Shown: piece by piece, positions 13,200 through 23,412 of the stretch
Numbering within the stretch: position 1 is the stretch's first letter
Layout: every line of letters begins with the position of its first letter
Assembly (NCBI GenBank): GCA_964036045.1
Contig: OZ038378.1
Coordinates: 177,940,001-178,004,000, forward strand
Length of the DNA stretch: 64,000 nucleotides
From: Eutreptiella sp. 'Long Island Sound 2002'
Lineage: Eukaryota; Protista; Euglenida
Direction of reading: 5' to 3'
The notes under the pieces: model-generated
What the model was told of the DNA's origin: nothing
What the model saw: only the letters and a program-made list of their open reading frames with translations
The model's database searches: none
Made by a program: the position numbers and the translations under genes

Positions 13200-13683
13200 A
13201 GTTGTGAACAAACGCCGAACCAACGGCTCGCGAACTGGGGCTCAACAGAGTTCTAATCAATGCCAATTCCAAAAGTGACTCCCATCTTGCACTGGCATGG
13301 TGAACATACAACAACAGCAGGGCTCAGAGCTCTGGTCAGGGCCCAATTCTGGGTGCCACGAGAGTTGGTGCTTGCTGTGTGCGCAGCCCTCAGTGCATAC
13401 CCGGGTAAAACAAAAACTGACTGCAGAAACCGGCGGGGACCTGAAATTTGGCACCTGAACCTGTGGGTGAGGCCTTGCAGTAAAAAGGGTGGTTACTGAG
13501 ATGGTTTGTCGGTGATTTTGCGGAAGTGAATGGTGGAGTAATGGCTGGCTGATGGGCATCGGTATAAAAATGTTTCTGATCAACGGAAGAATGCGGCAGC
13601 CTTGTAGTTTGATGATTTGGGGCTTTTAGAAAAGCTCGTCAAAGGTAAAAGCCGACGGACCTTGACACCGCCAACGCAAGCAA
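13200..13683 (+). pseudogene. Degenerate PIF/Harbinger-like DDE transposase fragment (left copy)
   Basis: AYPGKTKTD..EIW and WLADGHRYK resemble the LAPGTSADVLIW and GHDGAYKG segments of the better-preserved copy at 46242-46553. Confidence 0.45.
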
Positions 13684-15364
13684 TGCCACAGAATTGGATC
13701 ATTTGCAATTTCTGGAAGACAGAGTAAATGCCTCACCTTTAGACCAGGCATTAGTGATCTGCTTCGGTGCTCAGCTTGACTTAGATCGGCGCCACCTGAA
13801 TCAGTGACGAAACAAGAGTGATGGGCACGGAGTAAATGTCACCATGGAAGCGGACGAGTGGTGTGTTCAGCCCGGGCACACGAGCGGAAAAAATCATCCT
13901 GAACCTGAAGTAGGGACAAACGGAGGTAGTGAGTGTATGTAACCAAATGTGTGAAGGCTGAGATAACAGCTGTTATTTACTTACTTACTTAGTTCCGTGA
14001 CTCTGCCTGCCAGGTGAGGGATGATGAGAGGCATGACCGGGTCATTTTGAAATTTGTGTATTATGGCGTAGAGGGTTCTGGTTGTGTGAGCAGTGTGTGG
14101 AAGGTCAGGAAGTTTAGGTGAATAGAGAATGGCGGTACACTTGTTTGCACGCTGGAGACTACCAGGAGGAGGAGCGCGAGTGAACACCAGTGGAGGAGCG
14201 AGAGGAGGAGAGGGAGGAGAGGGGGGCGTGTGTTGCAAAGGCACTTTAAAGGGACTTTATGTAGATGCAGAAATGTGTGCTATTCGGCGGAGAGTAATTC
14301 TGGGAGGTGACACATTCTTCCCAAGTGGGCCCAAGGCACGCGTTGCAGGAGGTTTCCCGCTGTCGGTGCTTGACCAGATGAACTCTCAAACTCAGGGTGA
14401 AAAAAACTCGGTGGGCAGGGCTCATGCCTGAGAAGATCGACGTCATGGACGTGACGCCTCTTCAAGTTTCATGCTCCTGCAGGGCAACGGTCAAAGAACT
14501 AAAAGGCCATGCACGAGGGAGTTCAAGGAGGACTGGCAGGCGGAAAATTCAAGCAATTGTATGCTGCTGCTTACGCAAGGTGGAGGTCATTGTACCATGG
14601 CTGAAAATGAGAGGTGGGGAGGGCGGGTTCAGCGCCAGAAGGCGCGCTACTTTGCAAGGAAGGTACCGAAAATGAGTCAACATGTGCAGGCGACCCCAAA
14701 AGGGTGGTGGAAGACCCAGTAAAAGCCGGCTGCAGGATTCAGGAGAAGAGTAGAAAGGATCGGTGAGGTGAGGGCCATGCGCCGTTAAATCGGAGAGAGG
14801 AGGTGGGGTTACCGGAGGATTAAATGTCTCCTTAGAGAGTTCTGTTGGCACATTCAGGGTTGAAGGGTCTTGGGCCTCTAGGTTCGAGGATCTCTCCATT
14901 ACCAGAAATTGCGAGCGCCCTCGCAGGCCGTAGGATAGGGAGACGGGCGCAACTTCCACACCGTTGGAAAACTGCCACAGGTTGTGGACGTAAGGTCAGT
15001 AGTCGTCTCGGGGCCCACTGTAGTCTGGGGGACCGGCGGGAGCAGCAGATGGAGGGGGAACAAAAGGGATGTCTTGCTGCTGATGGCAAGGCTCTTCGCG
15101 TGGTGTTGTAAGCGGGTGGCGGAACCAACAGCGCCGTTGGGCGTGGGATTTTCAGGCGTTCGCGTACACGCAGTCGGTGCCCACTGCAGCCAAACGAAAG
15201 CAGCTGGTCAGAATTCTTGAATCCACCGCAAGCCTGAAAATCCCTGAATCCCTGAATCCCTGAAAAGGTGGCAGTTTTCTGTTATACTTCGCTCATGTGG
15301 CCGGATCTTTTCAAAAAATTCCTTCATTCTGCTCCGCTGTTCGATCCGCACGCGACGAAAATGT

Positions 15365-18300
15365 TCATTTTTCATATTTTTCGGAAGGTTGTTGGCGTGA
15401 CAAAACATAGACCATATCCGTGGGGTAGATCACGGCATCGCGCTTGGGGTTCGTGAGCACGTGCTGCGGCGCGCGCGGGGCCCCCTTAGCGGCACTCGCC
15501 GTCTGCGTGCGCGCCCCCTGCCCAACAGCCCCCGCGTGCACCCGATGCTTCACCGCTGCGTCTCTCTCCCGCAGCAGCCCAACCGCGACAACCCCCGTGC
15601 CCCTCAACAAGTGCAGGAATAGCCCGCCGTATGTAGTGTCCTGGAGGATACCGCTGCCGGCGAAGAAATCCTCCGGCACCGACATCAGGAAGAGTTGTGA
15701 GCACATGTCCTGCGCCCGGGTGCGGAACCCCGGGGCCCCCAACAGCGCACTGGTCAGCTCCACGCCACTGCCATTCCAGTGCAGCGACAGCAGCAAGTTG
15801 TCCGGGAGCGCTTCGGGGTAGACCCGGCCAGCGACCATCGCCGGGCCGTAGCCGAGATTCGCGAGGTACGGCACCTCGGGCTCCATCCCGCCTTTGGAGT
15901 GCGGGTCTGCGAAAAAGGCATCCAGGAATCGCGAGTTCTGGAGGTGGTTGAGGCCGACGAGAGGCTGCGCGCCGGTGAAGTTGGACATGAGCCGCATCGT
16001 CAGCATCAGCACGTGCGAGTCTGCGTGCGTGTGTTTCGAAGGCGGTGAGGACATGTCCTGCGGACTGTGGCTGGACGGCAGGACCACGACGACCTTCGCG
16101 CGGTGGATGGCGGCGGGCTGGCAGCACTTGTCGAAGTCCGCAACGATGATGTACACGTCGGAGAAGAACGACAGTGGGTGGCACTGGGCATCGGTTGGGG
16201 GCACGGGGGCGACAAACACGATGGGGCAGAAGGCGGCGAGGCGCTTGTTGCGGAGGACGAGCACGAAGTCCACGGCGTTCGAGGCCCAGCCCAACACGAC
16301 CGCGTGGCCCTGCAGCCCCGGAGGGACGCAGTGCAGGAACAGCTCCTTGGAGAGCGCGCTGTGGCGCTGCTGCTTCTTCTTCGGCGCCATCCACCGCCCG
16401 CAGTGGGGCCGCAGTGCAAACGTGAAGGTCTTGGGGTTGATGTGATCCAAAAGCTGCACGACGGAGCGGTCAAACGCGTAGTCCTCGAGCGCGTACACGG
16501 AGCTCTCCGACTGCGGGCGCTGCGCGAGGCCGAGCCGGACCGCAGGCCCCTCCTGCTCTTCCCCCTCGTCCTCCTCGTCCTCCTCGTTCTCATCGTACGT
16601 CCCGTCAGAGCTCGGGCCATCGTCGGTGTCTTTTACGTCCGACTCGTGCCCGTCCGGGTCCGGGTTCTGGGGTTGGGGGTCGGGGGACGTGCCGTCCACC
16701 GCCACCTCCTCCAGCCCGACGAAGGAGCTGGCCCGCCGCAGCGCCGCCAAACGGCTCCAGGAGCGCTGGGGCAGGCCCGACGTGGAGTACTTCTTGTGCA
16801 CGTGCGCCAGCGAGTCCCGGATCTGCCGGTGGGTGTGGCCCAGCACCAGCAGCTGGTCGTCGGGCGCCACCCGGTACTCGACGTCGGGATTGACCAGCAC
16901 CGCGCCCTTGTGCGCGCGCGACCGCACCGCGATCAGTGCACAGGGGGCATCCGTGGTGGAGGTGGTGTACAGCATGTCGCACGCGTCGCGGAAGCTGCGG
17001 CCGACCATGGGGCCGGGGATCGCGAACTCGAAGACGCTGTGGGCCATGCCGTGGACGTACTCCTCCGCCCAGTCGGCCCTCACCCGGTGGGCCCGGTCGA
17101 CGCTGGTGACGAGGTTGGCGGCGATGGTGTGCAGCCCCGGGGTGTGGCACGCCGCCGCCAGCAGCTGCATCCGCAGCTCGTTGATGCAGACCACGCCCGT
17201 CGCGCCGACGTCGAACAGCACCGGCCGATTGCCCGGCGACAAGACCTGGGCGAAGATGGGCACGTGGGGGTTGTACTGGCGGATGGAGACGGTGCTGAGG
17301 ATGATCTCGGCGTCCATCGATTTGGTCTGGTCCTCCGGGATGTTCTTCGGGGCCAACACGAACACCGCCACGGCCCTGTGCACCAGCGCCCGGCGCAGAT
17401 CCTGCGCGCTCTCGGCGGAGCCCTGCAGGTACTTCACGCGCCGGGGGGCCAGGCGGCGGCCCTCGAGGTCCAGGCGGATGTCCCGGTACGGGCACGACTC
17501 CGCGAGGACGCACACCCCCGTGTCCGCGAAGCCGTGGGGCGAGTGGAAGAACTCGTGCAGGAAGGCGTAGAGGGTCCGCTGGTCGAACGTGCCCGTGACC
17601 ACGACGTGCTGCCGGCCCTCCGGCGCGTAGGCGCCCGCGTAGGGCGAGCGGCACGCGAGGTACTCCAGGACCTTGTTGATGCGCATGGGGACGACGACGA
17701 TGGCCAGGAGGATGAACAGGCACACGGTCAGCCGCCCTTCGCCGCTTTTGGGGCTGAGGTCCCCGTACCCGACGGTCGTGATGGTCGCGACCACGAAGTA
17801 CACGCCGTCGTGGAAGGTCCCGATCTCCTCCTCCTCGATGATGAGGAAGACGCCGGCGGCCACCAGCACAATGATGACCACGATGTAGATCAGCAGCGCG
17901 ATTTCCCGCTGGATGGTGCCCGACTCCGTGAGGTACAGCAGGCGGTACGCCCGCATGATGCGCAGCAGCCGGAACATCCGGACGAAGGCGAGGGAGCCGA
18001 ACTGGGCGAGGCTGGGGAAGAAGATGGTGACCAACGGCACCAGCGAGAACACGTCGACCCACGTGTACCACCGGGTGACAAAACGCAGGAGGCTGCCGCT
18101 CAGCAGCGCCACGAGAATCAGGTCGGCCACGAAAAACCCGCTCAGGACGATCTCGATCATCTCGTAGAACCACAAATCGTCGAGCTGTGGCTCCGCCGGC
18201 GTGGGTGTGGGTGTGGGTGCGCTCAAATGGACCCCCGACGCGGCACCTGCCGCGGCATCCGGAGCGTTGGCATGGAAGCTGGTCTTGCTGGCATACAGCG

Positions 18301-19096
18301 CCCGGATGCAGAGGGCCACGCCAATGACCGAGAGCAGCATCTGGAACAGATCCCACGCCAGCGCAACGTTTTCGTTCCTACACCAGTTCAGGAAGGGGCT
18401 ATGGCAGCTTCGGCGGGGGCCCTCGGCCATGGGCGCGCCGGAGGTGCGCCGCAAAATGGGGCGCTGCACGGGCGCCGAGGCCCCAGCGGTGGGCTGGCCC
18501 TCACAAAGCCCTTGGAAACCCTCAGGGGACCCCGACCGCCGCAGAAGGGCCAAGTCCTGGGTCTCCACCAGGTCCTCAAAGCGCATGCTGCGAGTCGAGA
18601 TCATGGAGGCCTGCCGCAGGAAGTCCTCGTCATCCAGGGTCCGCATTCGGGAGACCGGCTCCTGCTCGGACACCGCCCTCTGGAACTCGTCGGACAAAGA
18701 GTTGAGCTTCTGCCAAAGCGGTACAATGTCCGTCTTGTCCACCAGCTGCGTGTCCTGCTTCCCAAGGAGGCCATGCACTTCGTCGTTGATGGCGGCCAGC
18801 TTTGCGCCCAAATCCCTCGCGGCACCGCTCGGCTCTCGTCGGTAGAAACTGTTCGTGCACGGGATGTCCGTGAAACAGATGTCGTCGCAAAAGCCGACCC
18901 GGTTCTCCTCCGTAAACCCGACACGAGGCCCGGGGGGTGCCTCTGTGAAGCTGACGTGGGGGCTCCCTCCCGGCTGACTGCTTGCTTCTTGCATGCCCGC
19001 GACGGAACGAAGGTCCCCTGCAGACATGCTGGCCTTGGCCGGAGGCACGTCCTCCTCAAAGGCCAAACTTCTGCAGCTGCAAGCGCAAAATTGCAT
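15365..19096 (-). CDS. Slo/BK-family potassium channel with two RCK domains, single exon, 1243 aa
   Basis: Hydrophobic S1-S6 helices, S4 FVRMFRLLRIMRAYRLL, pore VVATITTVGYGDLSP, RCK1 (HVVVTG, YLQGSAESAQDLRRA, VVCINELRMQLLAAAC.TPGLHTIAANL) and RCK2 (GHAVVLGW, IHRAKVVVVL, AMVAGRVY). Uninterrupted GC-rich ORF. Confidence 0.95.
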   Translation of the reverse strand: MQFCACSCRSLAFEEDVPPAKASMSAGDLRSVAGMQEASSQPGGSPHVSFTEAPPGPRVGFTEENRVGFCDDICFTDIPCTNSFYRREPSGAARDLGAKLAAINDEVHGLLGKQDTQLVDKTDIVPLWQKLNSLSDEFQRAVSEQEPVSRMRTLDDEDFLRQASMISTRSMRFEDLVETQDLALLRRSGSPEGFQGLCEGQPTAGASAPVQRPILRRTSGAPMAEGPRRSCHSPFLNWCRNENVALAWDLFQMLLSVIGVALCIRALYASKTSFHANAPDAAAGAASGVHLSAPTPTPTPAEPQLDDLWFYEMIEIVLSGFFVADLILVALLSGSLLRFVTRWYTWVDVFSLVPLVTIFFPSLAQFGSLAFVRMFRLLRIMRAYRLLYLTESGTIQREIALLIYIVVIIVLVAAGVFLIIEEEEIGTFHDGVYFVVATITTVGYGDLSPKSGEGRLTVCLFILLAIVVVPMRINKVLEYLACRSPYAGAYAPEGRQHVVVTGTFDQRTLYAFLHEFFHSPHGFADTGVCVLAESCPYRDIRLDLEGRRLAPRRVKYLQGSAESAQDLRRALVHRAVAVFVLAPKNIPEDQTKSMDAEIILSTVSIRQYNPHVPIFAQVLSPGNRPVLFDVGATGVVCINELRMQLLAAACHTPGLHTIAANLVTSVDRAHRVRADWAEEYVHGMAHSVFEFAIPGPMVGRSFRDACDMLYTTSTTDAPCALIAVRSRAHKGAVLVNPDVEYRVAPDDQLLVLGHTHRQIRDSLAHVHKKYSTSGLPQRSWSRLAALRRASSFVGLEEVAVDGTSPDPQPQNPDPDGHESDVKDTDDGPSSDGTYDENEEDEEDEGEEQEGPAVRLGLAQRPQSESSVYALEDYAFDRSVVQLLDHINPKTFTFALRPHCGRWMAPKKKQQRHSALSKELFLHCVPPGLQGHAVVLGWASNAVDFVLVLRNKRLAAFCPIVFVAPVPPTDAQCHPLSFFSDVYIIVADFDKCCQPAAIHRAKVVVVLPSSHSPQDMSSPPSKHTHADSHVLMLTMRLMSNFTGAQPLVGLNHLQNSRFLDAFFADPHSKGGMEPEVPYLANLGYGPAMVAGRVYPEALPDNLLLSLHWNGSGVELTSALLGAPGFRTRAQDMCSQLFLMSVPEDFFAGSGILQDTTYGGLFLHLLRGTGVVAVGLLRERDAAVKHRVHAGAVGQGARTQTASAAKGAPRAPQHVLTNPKRDAVIYPTDMVYVLSRQQPSEKYEK

Positions 19097-20249
19097 TGGA
19101 TTCCACGTCAGGTTCGTCCACCAACTCCAACATCATGCCGACCCAGACCCCCCTGCAAGACGTTTTTGCTTGAAAAAACAAAACTCGGGCCGCGCAGTAC
19201 CGGCTCATTATTTAGGCGCCGTCTAATTGTAAGTAGAATTTTTCAATACTATTTTCAGGCATTTTCAGGTAGTTTTATGGTACTCTAGTTCGAATACTTT
19301 TTTTGGTCCAGACCAATGTTTGCTGGTGAGTCCCACTTACCAGATGGCATGCATGACAGCCCCACTACTCTAAATAGCCCTCGGAATCAGGGATTAGAGC
19401 TGCCCTGTTCTACGATTGCCCCAGGGAGCACGGTGGTAGCGGAATAAAGCATATTCGATACCGGGAAATGCAGTGCATAACTGCCACACCTGCAGACATC
19501 CTGTGGATGTGCTCTTGAAGCACAAAGGCTTTACTTTTGGTAGACACTGGCTGCAGTGATGTCATACCCTTTGGCGGGCCTGGCAATCAGTCTGTAGGGA
19601 CCAATAACCCGCCAGTAGCATGCATCCATCCAAAACATGCTTTCCTGTTGAACACCTGGCCCTCAAAATACTCAAAATATGGGGAATCCACCGTGTCCAC
19701 TGAAGTGTGCCCGGTGTATTTGGGGTGGGGAGTGGGGGGTTAGTACCGCCATTTATACCACTTTCATATGACTTAAAAGAGACCAACCACCACAGACCGT
19801 CTCGAGCACACTGCCACGTGCTCTAGCAGCATTTTGCAAGACTTCCCTGTTGTAGTTGGAGGCCCCATGGAAAGTACAGTCATTGACGCAGCCTGTGGGA
19901 CTGCACTTACTGCCTCACTTACCCCCCTTCCCCTTTGCCATCCCCACATCTGGGCACAATGGACCCCTCACACCCGCGGGAGAACAGTAGCCAAGTGATG
20001 TTGCCCCCCACCCCCCTCCCCCACCCCGCCCCAACGGACACGGTACCATCAACCTACACCAAAAACACCGATGTCTGGTCCACTGGAGTCATCGTTGGAC
20101 GAGATATGCGACCCAGCTGTGGACATGTCATCACCATTCTACCCGAGGGACCTGCTGGAAACGGTACCTTTGTTCGAATTAGAATTCTAAAATAATCGGG
20201 CATTTTAGAACGAATCGATTTTAGACTGTTTTAGAACGCTTTTTGTACA

Positions 20250-21560
20250 CAGAGTTTTTTATGTTCTCCATTTGGGAGCTGTTGGTTACCCTGACCAGGG
20301 CATCTAGTCTAAAGGACAACCATATTGGCCGCTTCCTTGCACAATGGTTCTGGTGATCCGGTGACCCGGTTGGGCTCAACACCAACTCAAGGTGGTTCTT
20401 GCCGAATCGGGCCCACACATCCATGACAAGGTAGCTGTAGCTGACAAAGCACAACATTTATTCACCCCTGCCATTGTTAAGCTGGTGTTGGACACGAGGG
20501 CCCCTCGCAAGGGCTTCCGGCACGTTTGTGAACTTGTCTCACTGCATGGCCTCACATGCTGCAACATGGTGCGGCGGGCTGTGCGGTACTCGGGGCCCCT
20601 ATGCACTCAGGACTAGTTCAACAACCGGTGGAAGGAATTGGCCGCCCCCCTATCAGCTGACGTTTGCAATCCTTGATCCGGTACCCGCATAGGTGTTCCG
20701 CCCTTCTCTGCCATGTGGACTTCAGCTTTGAACACATGTTCCCTATGTTCCATTGTTCCACACGATTGTACCTATGTTCCGATGTGCCCTATTGCAAGCA
20801 CCACTTGGACTCAAATGTCCATCACACTAGCCAACCTAGGCCACGTGGCCCGCACACGGGCAAGGGTGTGGGCAAGAGCATCATCAGTCACCCCATCCCC
20901 AAAGGCAACTCCCTAGGCCACCCCCAAGGCCGCATCCCCACTGCCTCGGCCAAACCCCCCGTCCAGGGAAGTTTCCCTCCGGGGAAGTTTCCCTGGGAGT
21001 TTGACGGTGAGGACTCCAACTAAGCCATCCCCGCAAACGAAGGCAAAGGTTGCGACCCCCATCCCAACCAAGAAGGAGAAGGAGAAGAAGAAGGGAAGAG
21101 GAATAGAAGAAGGAAGAGGAAAGGGGGAAGACAAGAAGAAGGTAGACAAGGAGTGGGTGGTGGAAAACATTTGCATCCGCCCAGACCCCTGTGGGGGGGG
21201 GGGGGGAGGCAGTGGCAGAAGAAGGGCAGCGGTGGGTGCCCACTCCCGACCAACCACTCACCGGCACATACTATGTGCATACTCGGCGATCAATGATCCA
21301 CTGACGCAAGCGCAACTCCAATTCCAACTGTTTTTTTCCTAGGTGTTGTGTTAGCTTGCCAAGCTTAGCACACTTTGCTTGTGCCCCAAGCACATGTTTG
21401 ATCTCTCTCCAATCGCGGAAAGATTTTGGCACAATCTCCAAGTCCCTAGCAGCTTGTTTGTCACCATGGCAGTCATATGCCAAGTACTCTAGTTTCTGGC
21501 GTGCTGAGCGGTGCTTGCGCAAGGGGTTTGCTAATCAATGGCTTTGGGTCGCCGCTTCGA
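20250..21560 (-). pseudogene. Degenerate pogo/Tigger-like transposase
   Basis: KLEYLAYDCHGDKQAARDLEIVPKSFRDWREIK (HTH) then ELELRLRQWIIDRR (CENP-B-like HTH). Downstream fragment SYLVMDVWARF resembles the DDE LLVMD motif. Confidence 0.55.
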
Positions 21561-23412
21561 AGGCCTTTTCTGGCACAACCACAGCATGTGTTGCCATTGT
21601 GGGGGAAGGGGGTGAATCTCATGGGGGCGAGTTGCTGCCAATGGAATATCATTAGTACCCTCAGGGTTCTCAGGGAGCACAACACGTGGCTGAAAGAAGG
21701 CATGCGGAGTGGACTGCAACTGCCCTTGGGGGGGCACCACCTCTGCCGGTTGTGCAGGTGCCTCCGTGGGACATGGGGGTGGTGAGGTGGCCTGCACAGC
21801 TGTCAAGCGTTTCATAGAAGCGCGGTCATGCACAACTTCGTTGTGGAATAGACGTAGTGCACAATGGCGCCCGGGGGAAGATTTTCAGAGGTTTGAGGAG
21901 TGCAATGGGTCGGAACAAAGGAGGTGCACATGAGCTCTAACAACGAGGTCCACCAACCACCCAAACTTTCCGGAGCCATACAGTGGTGTCACAGAAGACC
22001 GCAGCTGCATTTGTGTGTATTTGTAATTTTTGCCCTGTGCAACTTCTAAGGCGGTTCTAATTAGCACTTCTAAAAGCTTTCTAAAAGCTTTGGCGACGTG
22101 CTTTGCTGTTAGAATTAGAACAAGTTTGGAACTCCATTTTGGGAATGCATTTTGTTGACCCCAGGACATGTTTTTGGAAAAATTGCCGGGGGGACCCAGA
22201 CCCCCCCCCAAGTGGACCCCCCCCAAAAGTTACCCCAAGGACTAGCAGGCATCATAAATCGGCTTTCTGACCTTTCTGGTTAGAAGATAGAACACTGCTT
22301 TTAGAAAAAGGATACCCCTTCAAGCAGGTCCCGAGGGTAGTGGTTAGAATCACAATTTTCACCTTCTGATTTGGAGCTTGAGGAAAAACGGCCTTGGTCA
22401 GGTTTAGGCTGACCAAATGAACTTTCTAAAGCAATTCCAAGAACTTCAATCCGGGGAGATACGCTGCAAAGGTGGCTGCACACAAATCCAACTGGCCTGG
22501 TTGCAGACACCTAGGACAGGTTCCCTCACATGTCCAGCATGCAGCTTTAGCACGTTACTGATTTTTAGTGGTCAGCAAGGTGACGCCCCTTTCCCCCCCT
22601 CCCTCCGGGGGAGCATGCACCAGACATGAAGTGAAACAGACCACAGACTTCATTTCCTCATTTGTTTTGGTTTTTGGATCTGCCTGAAGCATTGGTGCGG
22701 GAGGGTGAGAGGGTATTGCTCATGCACATATAATATACAGGGGTGGATCGGGGGTTCCCGGACGGAGTATTAACACTACTGAGGCATGAGGTTGGGGTAA
22801 CGATGCTGCTGAAGTAACAGGCCAGGTTTGGAAGCAGAGCTGGGGTATGGGCCAAGATGGCACCAAGGTGTGAAGGCCGCAGCAGGCATAGGCACCTCGA
22901 AAGTTGGAGGTGCCAATGAGGAATGGCGAAGGTCATGAGGCAGGGAAAGTAGTGTGGCTCAGCGCAAGCCAGAATCGGCATTTTTCACACGGCCAAAGCT
23001 GGGCTATGGTGTTAGAAATGGACAGGGCTACGGCTCAGCAATTGCACAGGCAGGGGTCCTGACCAAGGGACAGATGCGCGGGGCAAGGATGGACATCAAG
23101 ATGGTGCGTGGTGATGCATCTGCGCAGATCGGCAAACGGAGGGAACGATCGCACCAACGGGGGTGCACTCTAGGGAGCGGAGTGCCGGCAAAGCCAGACG
23201 CCATGTGGGACCCTGGATGGATGGAACTATCCGAAAATCTGTGCAGGCCAGACATTGGGCAGGAACACCCGGATGGATGCATCCAACCCAACCCCGTGCC
23301 TCGACTCAACAGTGCACATGTGCAGGTGCCTGTGCCCTCCTCCTGCTTGCCTGTGGTGCCCAAACCATTATTGCTGCTTGGCAGGACTAAATGAGCTGCC
23401 TAAGAATCACGT

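Larger units (their letters stand above)
10622..13683 (+). repeat. Left arm of a large inverted duplication (partner 28666-31155)
   Basis: Near-identical ORF translations on opposite strands (MCPVLQRSTV..., MLHYEATQR..., MGAPPALRR..., MPLQPPI...). Both junctions traced at nucleotide level. Confidence 0.95.

Noticed and set aside
14400-15110. QLPHRWKTA, resembling the non-LTR RT N-terminal P..WK.A motif
   Set aside because: A single short motif without the following RPISL or later RT domains.
16067-19288. 1073-aa plus-strand ORF and other overlapping frames
   Set aside because: Antisense or shadow frames of the GC-rich channel CDS; no recognisable motifs.
19500-19750. LLVDTGCSD, resembling an aspartic-protease motif
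   Set aside because: A stop lies just upstream, there is no convincing second catalytic motif and no splice sites were established; too short to support.
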